From the IMG/VR virus record IMGVR_UViG_3300021500_000037: a stretch of DNA of 22,710 bases. The stretch is one strand, 5' to 3'. The notes below the pieces were generated by a model. It was given only the letters and a program-made list of their open reading frames with translations. It was not told the DNA's origin and searched no databases. The DNA comes from a virus. Each line of letters starts with the position of its first letter. The stretch's first letter is position 1. A program made the translations under genes and the position numbers. This document shows positions 8,309-15,700 of this stretch, piece by piece.

Positions 8309-8845
8309 ATGGAAAGACGCGTAAAAATAGAATATCAGAATCGTGGGTCTTATCGTACCGATCGGGGCACAATTGTAAAGACAACGATAATTCGATCAAT
8401 CTGCCCCGATCAATGCTGGGAGATCGATCCCGACCGGACAGTGTTGACCCAGTACATCGCACGACATCCAGACGCAATCTCAACCACCGAGACTTTCGCG
8501 GTTGGTGATATTGTGAGGATTGATGGAATAGTGTATACGATCAAAGACACGCTCTCCGGATATTTCGGAGTAGGTGATGGTGAGTGGTATGTGAGCTCCA
8601 TCTGCTATTACCTGGAACCACTCCCACCTGATACAGTAATGGAGGGTATAATAGGGTGGAAACTCATGCCAGGCAATATTATCGAGCCAATGGCTGTTCC
8701 CGCCCCAACAACAAAGGCTTTATACAATCAGAGAGTCAGGAAGAAGGACGAGGTGTACGACATCGACGCTGAATTGGAGGAAGCCCGACACCGGTTCTGG
8801 TTGGTTGTAACCGAGCTGGGAAAAATCCGCAGGAGGAAACCATGA
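8309..8845 (+). CDS. Hypothetical protein, about 178 aa (paralog of previous gene)
   Basis: Same leader GGAGGATTGCCYATGGA; motif TFAVGDIVRIDGIVYTI. Confidence 0.7.
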   Translation: MERRVKIEYQNRGSYRTDRGTIVKTTIIRSICPDQCWEIDPDRTVLTQYIARHPDAISTTETFAVGDIVRIDGIVYTIKDTLSGYFGVGDGEWYVSSICYYLEPLPPDTVMEGIIGWKLMPGNIIEPMAVPAPTTKALYNQRVRKKDEVYDIDAELEEARHRFWLVVTELGKIRRRKP

Positions 8846-9159
8846 CTGAAGATAAAAACAATGTCGACGAGATGGAGGAGAAATTAGAACATCTCCTAAG
8901 GGAACGGATTACCGATCTCACAAAAACAGCATCGCTCCTCGGATCATGGATGTCTGATCAGAGGTTGACACTAGCTGAACAGCTTACCGTGGTCGAGTTG
9001 TTACGTGCATCGCTGTTGGTGAACTACATGGAGAGGGTGCGAACGAGCAGTGTGGAGAAGTTCGTGAGCGAGCATCCGAACTTAAGGGTTGTTGTGGTCG
9101 ATGGTTCAAAAAAACCATCATCGACGCCGCCCCGCACATTCAAACCGAGTGAGAGTTAA
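8842..9159 (+). CDS. Hypothetical helical protein, 105 aa
   Basis: SD AGGAGG; ATGA overlap with the upstream gene. Confidence 0.7.
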   Translation: MTEDKNNVDEMEEKLEHLLRERITDLTKTASLLGSWMSDQRLTLAEQLTVVELLRASLLVNYMERVRTSSVEKFVSEHPNLRVVVVDGSKKPSSTPPRTFKPSES

Positions 9160-9162
9160 AAT

Positions 9163-10248
9163 ATGAGCGCAAGTCAAGAAATAAAAAGGCTGATAACAGC
9201 ATTTGATTTTTATGAACACCCGACGAAGTCCGACCTGTTCAGAAAAAAAATCAATGTACAGGTCGAGGATGAGGGTTCGGGTAGGATGGAACGTATCGAT
9301 GTGACCGTGTACGCGGACTTTCGTAAGACCGACACAGGTCAGTTTTACTCTGATCCGGCTGTACCGAACGAAGACATCCCACTGATACAGGAGGTTAAGG
9401 ACGCTATTGCAAAGCTGCCTGGGAACGGTGATGGTGGTAGCGACAGCACGCCCCCAGAGCCTCCAGGAGAGACGAAGGCAAGTAGCACTGATACTGATAC
9501 AGTTCCAAAGAGATCGAAGCAAGAGACGGCGGTTTCGACACGTCAGTCAAAAAAATCAATGGTCAATGGATTGGATACACCGGTCCCGGTGATCGGGATG
9601 ACCATGCGAGAAATGGGCTTTCATGTCGACATCGATTATTACCTCTCGCCAGATGGATCACAGATTATGCTGGCGAAAGAAGGTATCACGAAACTCGCTG
9701 CTTTCGCCAGCCGGCTTCCTGATAACCCGATCGTGATATCAGATGATTATGAGGAGGTCGAGTTTGATCGAGACGAGAATGGACAGGTGCGAAAGATTCG
9801 GCTCATGGGTACGGCGTGGATCGGCTCTAAGGATAATCCGGTCCGCGTGATAAAAGATGAGATCGATTGGGACTGGTCTTCAGCGGTGACCCGTGCTGTT
9901 ATCAAGAACGTGCAAAATGGTGAGCGTCTACGGAGGGATGCCGAACACAAGAAGTTTGGTCTGCCACAAAAAGACAAGATCGCTCTCGAAAACGCACTGA
10001 CCCCTGATGAGGTCGAGTACAACACAAACGGTATGCTCGTGCCGAAGGAGGGTGTTCCCATGCACAAGATCATCCCGCTGATGTCCTACCTGGCAGACGT
10101 GCGTGAGTTCGCTCTCCGGACGTGTATCGGGAAGCTCAGGTCGAGGATGTGGTCTGAACTACTGGGTATCCGGTCGATATCCGCTAAAGAGGCTAAGATC
10201 ATACAGGACAGTCAACCATCCCATGTCAACCACGACGATATGTTGTAG
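9163..10248 (+). CDS. Hypothetical protein, possibly a Rad52-superfamily-like single-strand annealing protein, 361 aa
   Basis: ORF clearly in the operon. Function guessed only from LAKEGITKLA and the C-terminal helix ALRTCIGKLRSRMWSELLGI, which resemble phage annealase motifs. Confidence 0.35.
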   Translation: MSASQEIKRLITAFDFYEHPTKSDLFRKKINVQVEDEGSGRMERIDVTVYADFRKTDTGQFYSDPAVPNEDIPLIQEVKDAIAKLPGNGDGGSDSTPPEPPGETKASSTDTDTVPKRSKQETAVSTRQSKKSMVNGLDTPVPVIGMTMREMGFHVDIDYYLSPDGSQIMLAKEGITKLAAFASRLPDNPIVISDDYEEVEFDRDENGQVRKIRLMGTAWIGSKDNPVRVIKDEIDWDWSSAVTRAVIKNVQNGERLRRDAEHKKFGLPQKDKIALENALTPDEVEYNTNGMLVPKEGVPMHKIIPLMSYLADVREFALRTCIGKLRSRMWSELLGIRSISAKEAKIIQDSQPSHVNHDDML

Positions 10249-10258
10249 AGGTGTGAAA

Positions 10259-10672
10259 GTGAATAAGAGAACCCCCCTGCTGATATTGGTAACAATATCA
10301 CTGATGCTATCCGGTTGTGTCGGTCCGGATGTGGAGAACGACACAGCAGGATTGACGCCTGCGAGCAGTGAAGTTGCCCCCACACCTACACCTACGCCTG
10401 CACAAACACCGACACTGACGCCTACCCGATTAAACGAGACCGGTGATGACGTATCCACCAACGAAACCAACGATTCCAGTGAAACGTGGTCGGTCTGCGA
10501 TCCTCGACATAACGAATCGTGGCTGTATGCGCATAAGTGTGGTATGTATGCACATGGCGGCGGTGGTGGTGGGAATCATTTTCCACCCCCACCCGTGCCT
10601 GAAATGCCGAGTATTTACATGGTCGTGATCGGGTTATTCGGGTTGAAGGTACTCCAGTGGTACAGGGGGTGA
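10259..10672 (+). CDS. Secreted lipoprotein with PT linker and PEF-CTERM-like C-terminal anchor, about 137 aa
   Basis: GTG start after SD GAGGTG; signal MNKRTPLLILVTISLMLSGC (lipobox LSGC); PTPTPTP linker; five N-x-S/T sequons; tail VPEMPSIYMVVIGLFGLKVLQWYRG. Confidence 0.75.
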   Translation: MNKRTPLLILVTISLMLSGCVGPDVENDTAGLTPASSEVAPTPTPTPAQTPTLTPTRLNETGDDVSTNETNDSSETWSVCDPRHNESWLYAHKCGMYAHGGGGGGNHFPPPPVPEMPSIYMVVIGLFGLKVLQWYRG

Positions 10673-10676
10673 TGAC

Positions 10677-10937
10677 GTGAAGGACGCAATTATGGTGCTG
10701 ATGAAGCCGTACGAATGGCGGATGGTGATAGACGCCCTGATGCTGATGCGTCAATCCATATTGGACGGCGAAGACCGGTTTACGTGGAGCGAGCACGAGG
10801 TCAAACGTTTTATGCGGATGATCTTGTTGCATGTCGGATTGCCGGATGCAAAGAGGGTTGTCCCAGAGGCATACGAGGTCTGTTTCCCAGAGGGAGCACC
10901 GGTGATCGTCGATGCGTATGAAACGTACGTGGAGTGA
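10677..10937 (+). CDS. Hypothetical protein, 86 aa
   Basis: GTG start after GGGGTGA; tight operon spacing. Confidence 0.6.
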   Translation: MKDAIMVLMKPYEWRMVIDALMLMRQSILDGEDRFTWSEHEVKRFMRMILLHVGLPDAKRVVPEAYEVCFPEGAPVIVDAYETYVE

Positions 10938-10941
10938 TGTG

Positions 10942-11130
10942 ATGATCTTGAGCGATATTTTGTATGGCACTGTTTCTGCTGTTATGAGCCTCTTCCTGCT
11001 TTTCGTAGCGTGGGAAGGGGCGCATACACACAAAAACGATCAGATCGCGATCATCGCGGCGGTGATCGTGGCAGTGTTCGGCGTGGTGCTTGGGTTGGCG
11101 GCATTGGAGTGGATATGCACTGGTTTATAG
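10942..11130 (+). CDS. Small two-TM membrane protein, about 62 aa
   Basis: Two hydrophobic stretches; SD-like GGAGTGA before ATG 10942. Confidence 0.65.
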   Translation: MILSDILYGTVSAVMSLFLLFVAWEGAHTHKNDQIAIIAAVIVAVFGVVLGLAALEWICTGL

Positions 11131-11141
11131 GAGGAAGTCAC

Positions 11142-11327
11142 ATGATAATCGATTTGATACTCGGTCTCGCTGAAACCATCATGTGTATTGCTTTCCTTGT
11201 GATCGCCTGTAAGATGTGGGAAGAAAGAGAATACGACATCCTAACAAGAATCATCCTATCCGCGTATCCAGTGATGATCGCGGTGTTACTGGCGCTGCTG
11301 GCGCTTAAGCGGATAAGTTGTTTATAG
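11142..11327 (+). CDS. Small two-TM membrane protein, about 61 aa
   Basis: SD AGGAGG before ATG 11142; two hydrophobic stretches. Confidence 0.65.
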   Translation: MIIDLILGLAETIMCIAFLVIACKMWEEREYDILTRIILSAYPVMIAVLLALLALKRISCL

Positions 11328-11338
11328 GGGTGAAAGAT

Positions 11339-11527
11339 GTGATACAACCAAGAAAGATAGAAAGACAGGATTTCAAAGACGATTTGCGGTTCATTGTCCG
11401 CAAATTGCGTGATATGCGAGCAGATTCAGAATTATTTGATTTTAACGCTCATGATAATCTGATTGCTGCACAGGTAAGCCTTTCCAATCTGTTGAAACGG
11501 ATGAATGACGAAGACGAGGTGGAATAA
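11339..11527 (+). CDS. Hypothetical helical protein, about 62 aa
   Basis: GTG start after SD GGGGTGA. Confidence 0.55.
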   Translation: MIQPRKIERQDFKDDLRFIVRKLRDMRADSELFDFNAHDNLIAAQVSLSNLLKRMNDEDEVE

Positions 11528-11529
11528 CC

Positions 11530-11691
11530 ATGAAAATAGCCGTAACCGTTAATCTCGGCAACTACGAGAACATACGCGTGGAATCATCGGAATATGATGA
11601 CGCTGATACGTGTATCGACGAGATCAGAGAGGCTCTCGTGAAGATACGTGAGCCGAGAGTCGATGACTTTATAAGGCGCGTATTTAAATAG
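11530..11691 (+). CDS. Small hypothetical protein, 53 aa (not in ORF track)
   Basis: MKIAVTVNLGNYENIRVESSEYDDADTCIDEIREALVKIREPRVDDFIRRVFK; SD GAGGTG; fills the operon gap. Confidence 0.7.
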   Translation: MKIAVTVNLGNYENIRVESSEYDDADTCIDEIREALVKIREPRVDDFIRRVFK

Positions 11692-11710
11692 AACATGGAA
11701 TAGAATATGC

Positions 11711-11787
11711 GACACCCCCACCACCCGCAATCGGTTTCTTGGTATAGCTATTTCTGCCCCAGGGGAGGGCGGTCAGTGGTGGGGGTC
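11711..11787 (+). ncRNA. Candidate structured ncRNA or pre-tRNA leader
   Basis: 11-bp closing stem ACCCCCACCAC (11714-11724) / GTGGTGGGGGT (11776-11786) with internal hairpins; TATA-like TTTAAATA at 11683-11690. Confidence 0.3.
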
Positions 11788-11791
11788 TAAT

Positions 11792-11866
11792 AGCGGGGTA
11801 GGGCAGCCAGGTTTCCCCGTCGGGCTCATAACTCGAAGATCGATGGTTCAAATCCATCCCCCGCTA
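11792..11866 (+). tRNA. tRNA-Met(CAT), archaeal initiator type, no encoded CCA
   Basis: Full cloverleaf; A1:U72, G11:C24, anticodon loop CTCATAA, T-loop TTCAAAT. Anticodon stem TCGGG/CTCGA has G30.U40. Confidence 0.95.
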
Positions 11867-11889
11867 TACCTACCAACGGAGATACGTAC

Positions 11890-12096
11890 ATGGTAAAAAC
11901 AATCGTTGAAATAGACCTGCCTGAACCAGGCAGTGCACAGGAACTGTACCGGAGCACCGACCCCCCGATGGTCATAGTGCTCCGTGATAACGGCGACGTC
12001 GTCTTAACTCGGTACAGCGATAGAAAAGATGCCGAACGGCTCAGTCCGGTAGAACGTCGCTCAAAAAGGATACTCTGGATGAAAAAAATAAAGTAG
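11890..12096 (+). CDS. Hypothetical protein, 68 aa
   Basis: SD-like GGAGA; last gene before the convergent terminator. Confidence 0.55.
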   Translation: MVKTIVEIDLPEPGSAQELYRSTDPPMVIVLRDNGDVVLTRYSDRKDAERLSPVERRSKRILWMKKIK

Positions 12097-12106
12097 GTTT
12101 CCCGTT

Positions 12107-12156
12107 AAAAAAAACACATCGCCCCGTGATCATTCACGGGGTGATTGGTTCTTTTC
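12107..12156. terminator. Candidate bidirectional terminator between convergent operons
   Basis: 12-bp hairpin ATCGCCCCGTGA-tcat-TCACGGGGTGAT (12118-12145), flanked by an A-run (T-run on - strand) and TTCTTTT on + strand. Confidence 0.65.
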
Positions 12157-12267
12157 CATGTCATCCATGTACGATTCGAGTAACCTGTTTACCAGCTCGG
12201 GTAGATTTTCATCGATGCCGAGTAGAACGGCTCGTCTGTAGTTGTGTAGTTTTATGTAGACATTCAT
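12130..12267 (-). CDS. Small RHH-like protein, 45 aa (not in ORF track)
   Basis: MNVYIKLHNYRRAVLLGIDENLPELVNRLLESYMDDMEKNQSPRE; SD AGGAGG; ATGA overlap with the MCM-like stop. Confidence 0.6.
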   Translation of the reverse strand: MNVYIKLHNYRRAVLLGIDENLPELVNRLLESYMDDMEKNQSPRE

Positions 12268-13241
12268 GCTGTTTCCTCCTGTATGATCTTCTCAAGTAGT
12301 TTCATCTTTCCACCGTTGAGATCCGGGTGACGTATCTTTATCGCCCGCAACATGTCTTCGGGTATTGCATCCCTGTGGTGCATTTTAGCTAGCGTCGTTG
12401 CGATCCGTATCATGCTTTCTTCTTCTCTGATGCTTGCATCTGATTCGGTGAGCACCAGATACATTTCCATCAGTTTCATCCAGATATCTCGGACACTGTT
12501 GCTGATCCCGGGCTCGAATCTCTGTATCCAGTGCAGATAGTTTTTAAGGTTGATCCCGTCGTATCCCTCTTTTTCTCTGAACCAGTACTTGATCCGAGAT
12601 CGCATGATTTTACGCTTGAATTCCAGTTCTGGTTTATGTACCTCGATCTTAAAATCGAACCGATCCATCAGTTCACGGGATAGTTTTCTTGTGTCGTTCG
12701 CACATGCCAGGCATCGAACTTTCGCATCGATGACTGTGTGTGTTTTACCGACATCGATATGGATTCGACCTTCTTCAAGGGCTTCGAGTAGTCCCTGTAG
12801 TGACTTCTGGTCAAACTTCTCTATCTCATCGATGCAGATGATGCCGTTGTTTGCTCTAGGCAGTGCACCGAGTGTGACCTCATTACCTGATGCATCTGCA
12901 GTCAAACCAACCTGTGAACTTCTCATGGATGCCCCTATCGCACCGAGTTTAAAGACCGCCCAGTCCAGGATAAGTGTCTTCGCGGTACCGGGATCACCGT
13001 GAAGTAATAAGTGCAACCGCCCCCTGTCACCAAACTTATCGTTGTGTGATGCAAGGCACAGTGCAGTCGCTCGCTTCTCCTCCTCCATCCCAACTACCTT
13101 TGGGTTAATGCGTGATGCCCAATAATCAAGCATATCTTCAGATTTAGCAAGCGCTGCGAACTTCTCATCAAGTTCATCACTGCTATAGAAGTTCAAATCG
13201 TCGTCTATGAACTTTTCAAGTGTTTTGTCAGCTTCCGCCAT
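12264..13241 (-). CDS. mcm: MCM-family AAA+ ATPase lacking the N-terminal domain, 325 aa
   Basis: PKVVGMEEEK, Walker A GDPGTAKT, SSQVGLTA, GAL...ANNGIICIDE (Walker B), LACAN, Arg finger DRFD, sensor-2-like REEESMIR. Confidence 0.85.
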   Translation of the reverse strand: MAEADKTLEKFIDDDLNFYSSDELDEKFAALAKSEDMLDYWASRINPKVVGMEEEKRATALCLASHNDKFGDRGRLHLLLHGDPGTAKTLILDWAVFKLGAIGASMRSSQVGLTADASGNEVTLGALPRANNGIICIDEIEKFDQKSLQGLLEALEEGRIHIDVGKTHTVIDAKVRCLACANDTRKLSRELMDRFDFKIEVHKPELEFKRKIMRSRIKYWFREKEGYDGINLKNYLHWIQRFEPGISNSVRDIWMKLMEMYLVLTESDASIREEESMIRIATTLAKMHHRDAIPEDMLRAIKIRHPDLNGGKMKLLEKIIQEETA

Positions 13242-13916
13242 TCAATCCACCTCTGTGTCCATGTTGCGTATCGATGCCAGCAGAGCCTCGCCATCATCCT
13301 CAACAGGACTGCTGTACGCATGTCTCTGAAGTTCGTTGATAGCCGCTCTCATGTCGCCATCACAGTTCCTTGCGATTTCTTCTATCTCGCCGTTCAGTGA
13401 TAACCCTTCCTGCTCTGCTATGTACTCAAGTCTTTCCTGGATCGCGTCTTTATCGATTGGTTGGAACTCGAATACGACACATCGTGACCTGATCGGTTTG
13501 ATGAATATGTCCTGGTTCGCCGATAGGATGAATCGAGTCGATCCCCGATTCTCAAGTGGTTTCCGCAACATGTTTTGCGCTTGTGGTGTGAGCCCATCCG
13601 ATTCATCCAGAAATATCACCCTGATCGGTGTAAACATCGGCTGGTGGAGTGAACTTTTGATCACGTCACGTATCGTGTCGACGCCTCTTTCGTTCGATGC
13701 ATTGTACTCTACAAAATTCATCTCGAAGAACTCTTTGAGTAGTTCCTGTCCGATCAAGTATGCCACCGTTGTCTTACCGGTTCCGGGCTCGCCGATCATC
13801 CGGATGTTTGGTATGTCGCCATCGCGATCCAACATCCCTTTGATCGTGCCCACAATCTCATCCTGTCCTATGACCTCATCGAATGTATGTGGTCTGTACT
13901 TTTCAGTCCAGTTCAT
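13242..13916 (-). CDS. rfcS: Replication factor C small-subunit-like clamp loader ATPase, C-terminally short, 224 aa
   Basis: WTEKYRP, GEPGTGKTT, EYNASNERG, IFLDESD, AQNMLR, FILSAN, SRC motif, GDMRAAINELQ. Confidence 0.9.
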   Translation of the reverse strand: MNWTEKYRPHTFDEVIGQDEIVGTIKGMLDRDGDIPNIRMIGEPGTGKTTVAYLIGQELLKEFFEMNFVEYNASNERGVDTIRDVIKSSLHQPMFTPIRVIFLDESDGLTPQAQNMLRKPLENRGSTRFILSANQDIFIKPIRSRCVVFEFQPIDKDAIQERLEYIAEQEGLSLNGEIEEIARNCDGDMRAAINELQRHAYSSPVEDDGEALLASIRNMDTEVD

Positions 13917-13990
13917 TGACCTTCGCCACCTGTTCTGTTATACTGTATTCCATAATTTTACGACCTCTTGTGTCTTTTGTAACTGATTAG

Positions 13991-15295
13991 TTACTGTAAT
14001 AACTCTTTTACGGTTTTCAATTCGATATTGATACCGTATTTAGATTTGGCGTCTTCCACCTTCTTTATCGCTCCTGATGTGAAACCGAATGCTATGATTA
14101 TGCCTCCCATCCGGTTGTCGTCCTGGATCACTGTCTGAAATTCCCTTACGACCTTCACACCCACGCGGTCACTACGTTTAACCTGTATCGGGTCACCAAC
14201 AATCGTCCACCCGTCTATACCGCCATCGGCGGATAGTTTTCGATTCATCCTACCCTGAACTGCCTTGACCGCCCACGCCTGGAACAGTGCCGGTTTCATA
14301 TCCCGTAACTTCGCTTCGGTCATCAACTCCACTTCATCGATGATCTCTGGTCTGCTGCCCAATTTATCCAGTCGCTGTTGCATCACCACACAGGCAGGCA
14401 TTTCTGCATCGATACCAATCCATCGCCTGCCGAGTCGTTGTGCAACCGCAAGGGCAGTGCCGCATCCACAGAACGGATCAAGGATTAGATCACCCGGCTT
14501 GCTGCTGGCTTTTATTATGCGCTCCAACAGGGCTTCTGGCTTCTGTGTGGGGTATCCCAGGCGCTCGCCTCCCTTTTTTGGTACTGGATTGATTTCCCAC
14601 CAATCAGATAGGGGTTTATCGGTTTGTGTCCTGTATATTATTTTACCGTTGGCGTCTCTCTTGCTTACCTTTTTTCCGTCTACTATTTCTACCAGATTCC
14701 GTTTTCTCGGTTTCTCCAGTGGTATACGGATTTCATTGAATGTAGATGCCGTTCCTTTGGTATAAAAAAGGATTGTATCATGCATCCTCTGAAAAGAATT
14801 TGAAACATTTGACCACCGGTTGTAACACCACACAATCTCATTCCTAAAGTTCCCGTATCCAAATATCTCATCCATCGCCACCTTTACATAATGAACCGCG
14901 TGCCAGTCCAGATGCACGTAGATACTGCCGGTTGGTTTGAGCACCCGGTAACATTCTTCCAGTCGAACCTTGAGCCATCCAACATAAGCCTCGATGTCGT
15001 TCATCCGAACATCTCTTGCCTTATGCACAGATTCGCCGCAATGCGGGCAAAAGAGATATCCCTCCATGAAGTCTTTCCCGCACTCTGGATTCCCACAAAC
15101 CTTCTTGTAGAATTTGGTGTCCTCGAATGACCGTATGGTGTTTTTGTTATCGCCGTCCCATATCAGATCATAGTTTTTCCCTGAAAAGAATGGTGGATCA
15201 AGGTAGATCAGATCGACCGATTCATCAGGGATGTACTGCCGCATCTTATCCCGGCAGTCGCCACAGATTATCGAATTCGTTATCAACGCTTGCAT
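13991..15295 (-). CDS. Beta-class N6-A/N4-C DNA methyltransferase with Zn-ribbon insert and C-terminal Mrr-like nuclease domain, 434 aa
   Basis: Motif IV DLIYLDPPF precedes motif I LDPFCGCGT; YPTQKPEALL; insert CGNPEC...CPHC; tail FQAWAV...DGGIDG...IQVK...GIIIAFGFT. Confidence 0.9.
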   Translation of the reverse strand: MQALITNSIICGDCRDKMRQYIPDESVDLIYLDPPFFSGKNYDLIWDGDNKNTIRSFEDTKFYKKVCGNPECGKDFMEGYLFCPHCGESVHKARDVRMNDIEAYVGWLKVRLEECYRVLKPTGSIYVHLDWHAVHYVKVAMDEIFGYGNFRNEIVWCYNRWSNVSNSFQRMHDTILFYTKGTASTFNEIRIPLEKPRKRNLVEIVDGKKVSKRDANGKIIYRTQTDKPLSDWWEINPVPKKGGERLGYPTQKPEALLERIIKASSKPGDLILDPFCGCGTALAVAQRLGRRWIGIDAEMPACVVMQQRLDKLGSRPEIIDEVELMTEAKLRDMKPALFQAWAVKAVQGRMNRKLSADGGIDGWTIVGDPIQVKRSDRVGVKVVREFQTVIQDDNRMGGIIIAFGFTSGAIKKVEDAKSKYGINIELKTVKELLQ

Positions 15296-15365
15296 AGTTT
15301 TGTGACCTCTTTTAGTTCTTTACCCCCGTTAGCACGTAACTAATGGGGTTTGTAAAAAATAAAGA
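15293..15365 (-). repeat. Divergent copy of the T-tract/hairpin/SD intergenic element
   Basis: - strand: CTCTTTATTTTTTACAAA CCCCATTAG-ttacgtg-CTAACGGGG GTAAA...AAGAGGTC...ATG. Confidence 0.7.
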
Positions 15366-15376
15366 GTATCGGGGGT

Positions 15377-15700
15377 TCATTCATCGTCCTCGATAGTCTT
15401 CCTGTACACTTCTTTCGCCTTCTCGAATGCCTCTTCAATCTCGATCATTCCCATGTTCTCGGATTCCAACATATCCTGCAGGAATGCGATCTTAAGCGAC
15501 ATTTGGCTCTTGTAGGTATCCGGTGTCCTGTGCACCACAGCCGGGTGTATCTCATACCCACCCGATAGAAAACCTCTCACAAACTCATCGGTGTTTCTAC
15601 CTTCAAGTGCGTCTGTGATCAGTTTAATATCGTCTGTGGGTAGTTTTATCATAAGTTCCCGTGCCCGCTGGTAAACTGTATCGTGTTCCATTGTTATCAC
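15377..15700 (-). CDS. Hypothetical protein, about 104-107 aa
   Basis: Coupled to the upstream ORF by a GTGA overlap; start is GTG 15700 or ATG 15691. Confidence 0.65.
   Translation of the reverse strand: MITMEHDTVYQRARELMIKLPTDDIKLITDALEGRNTDEFVRGFLSGGYEIHPAVVHRTPDTYKSQMSLKIAFLQDMLESENMGMIEIEEAFEKAKEVYRKTIEDDE

Noticed and set aside
6526-11347. Antisense or off-frame ORFs inside the + strand operon (e.g. 6526..7020, 9118..9522, 9747..10073, 10422..11033)
   Set aside because: The operon is already fully tiled by SD-preceded, coupled genes.
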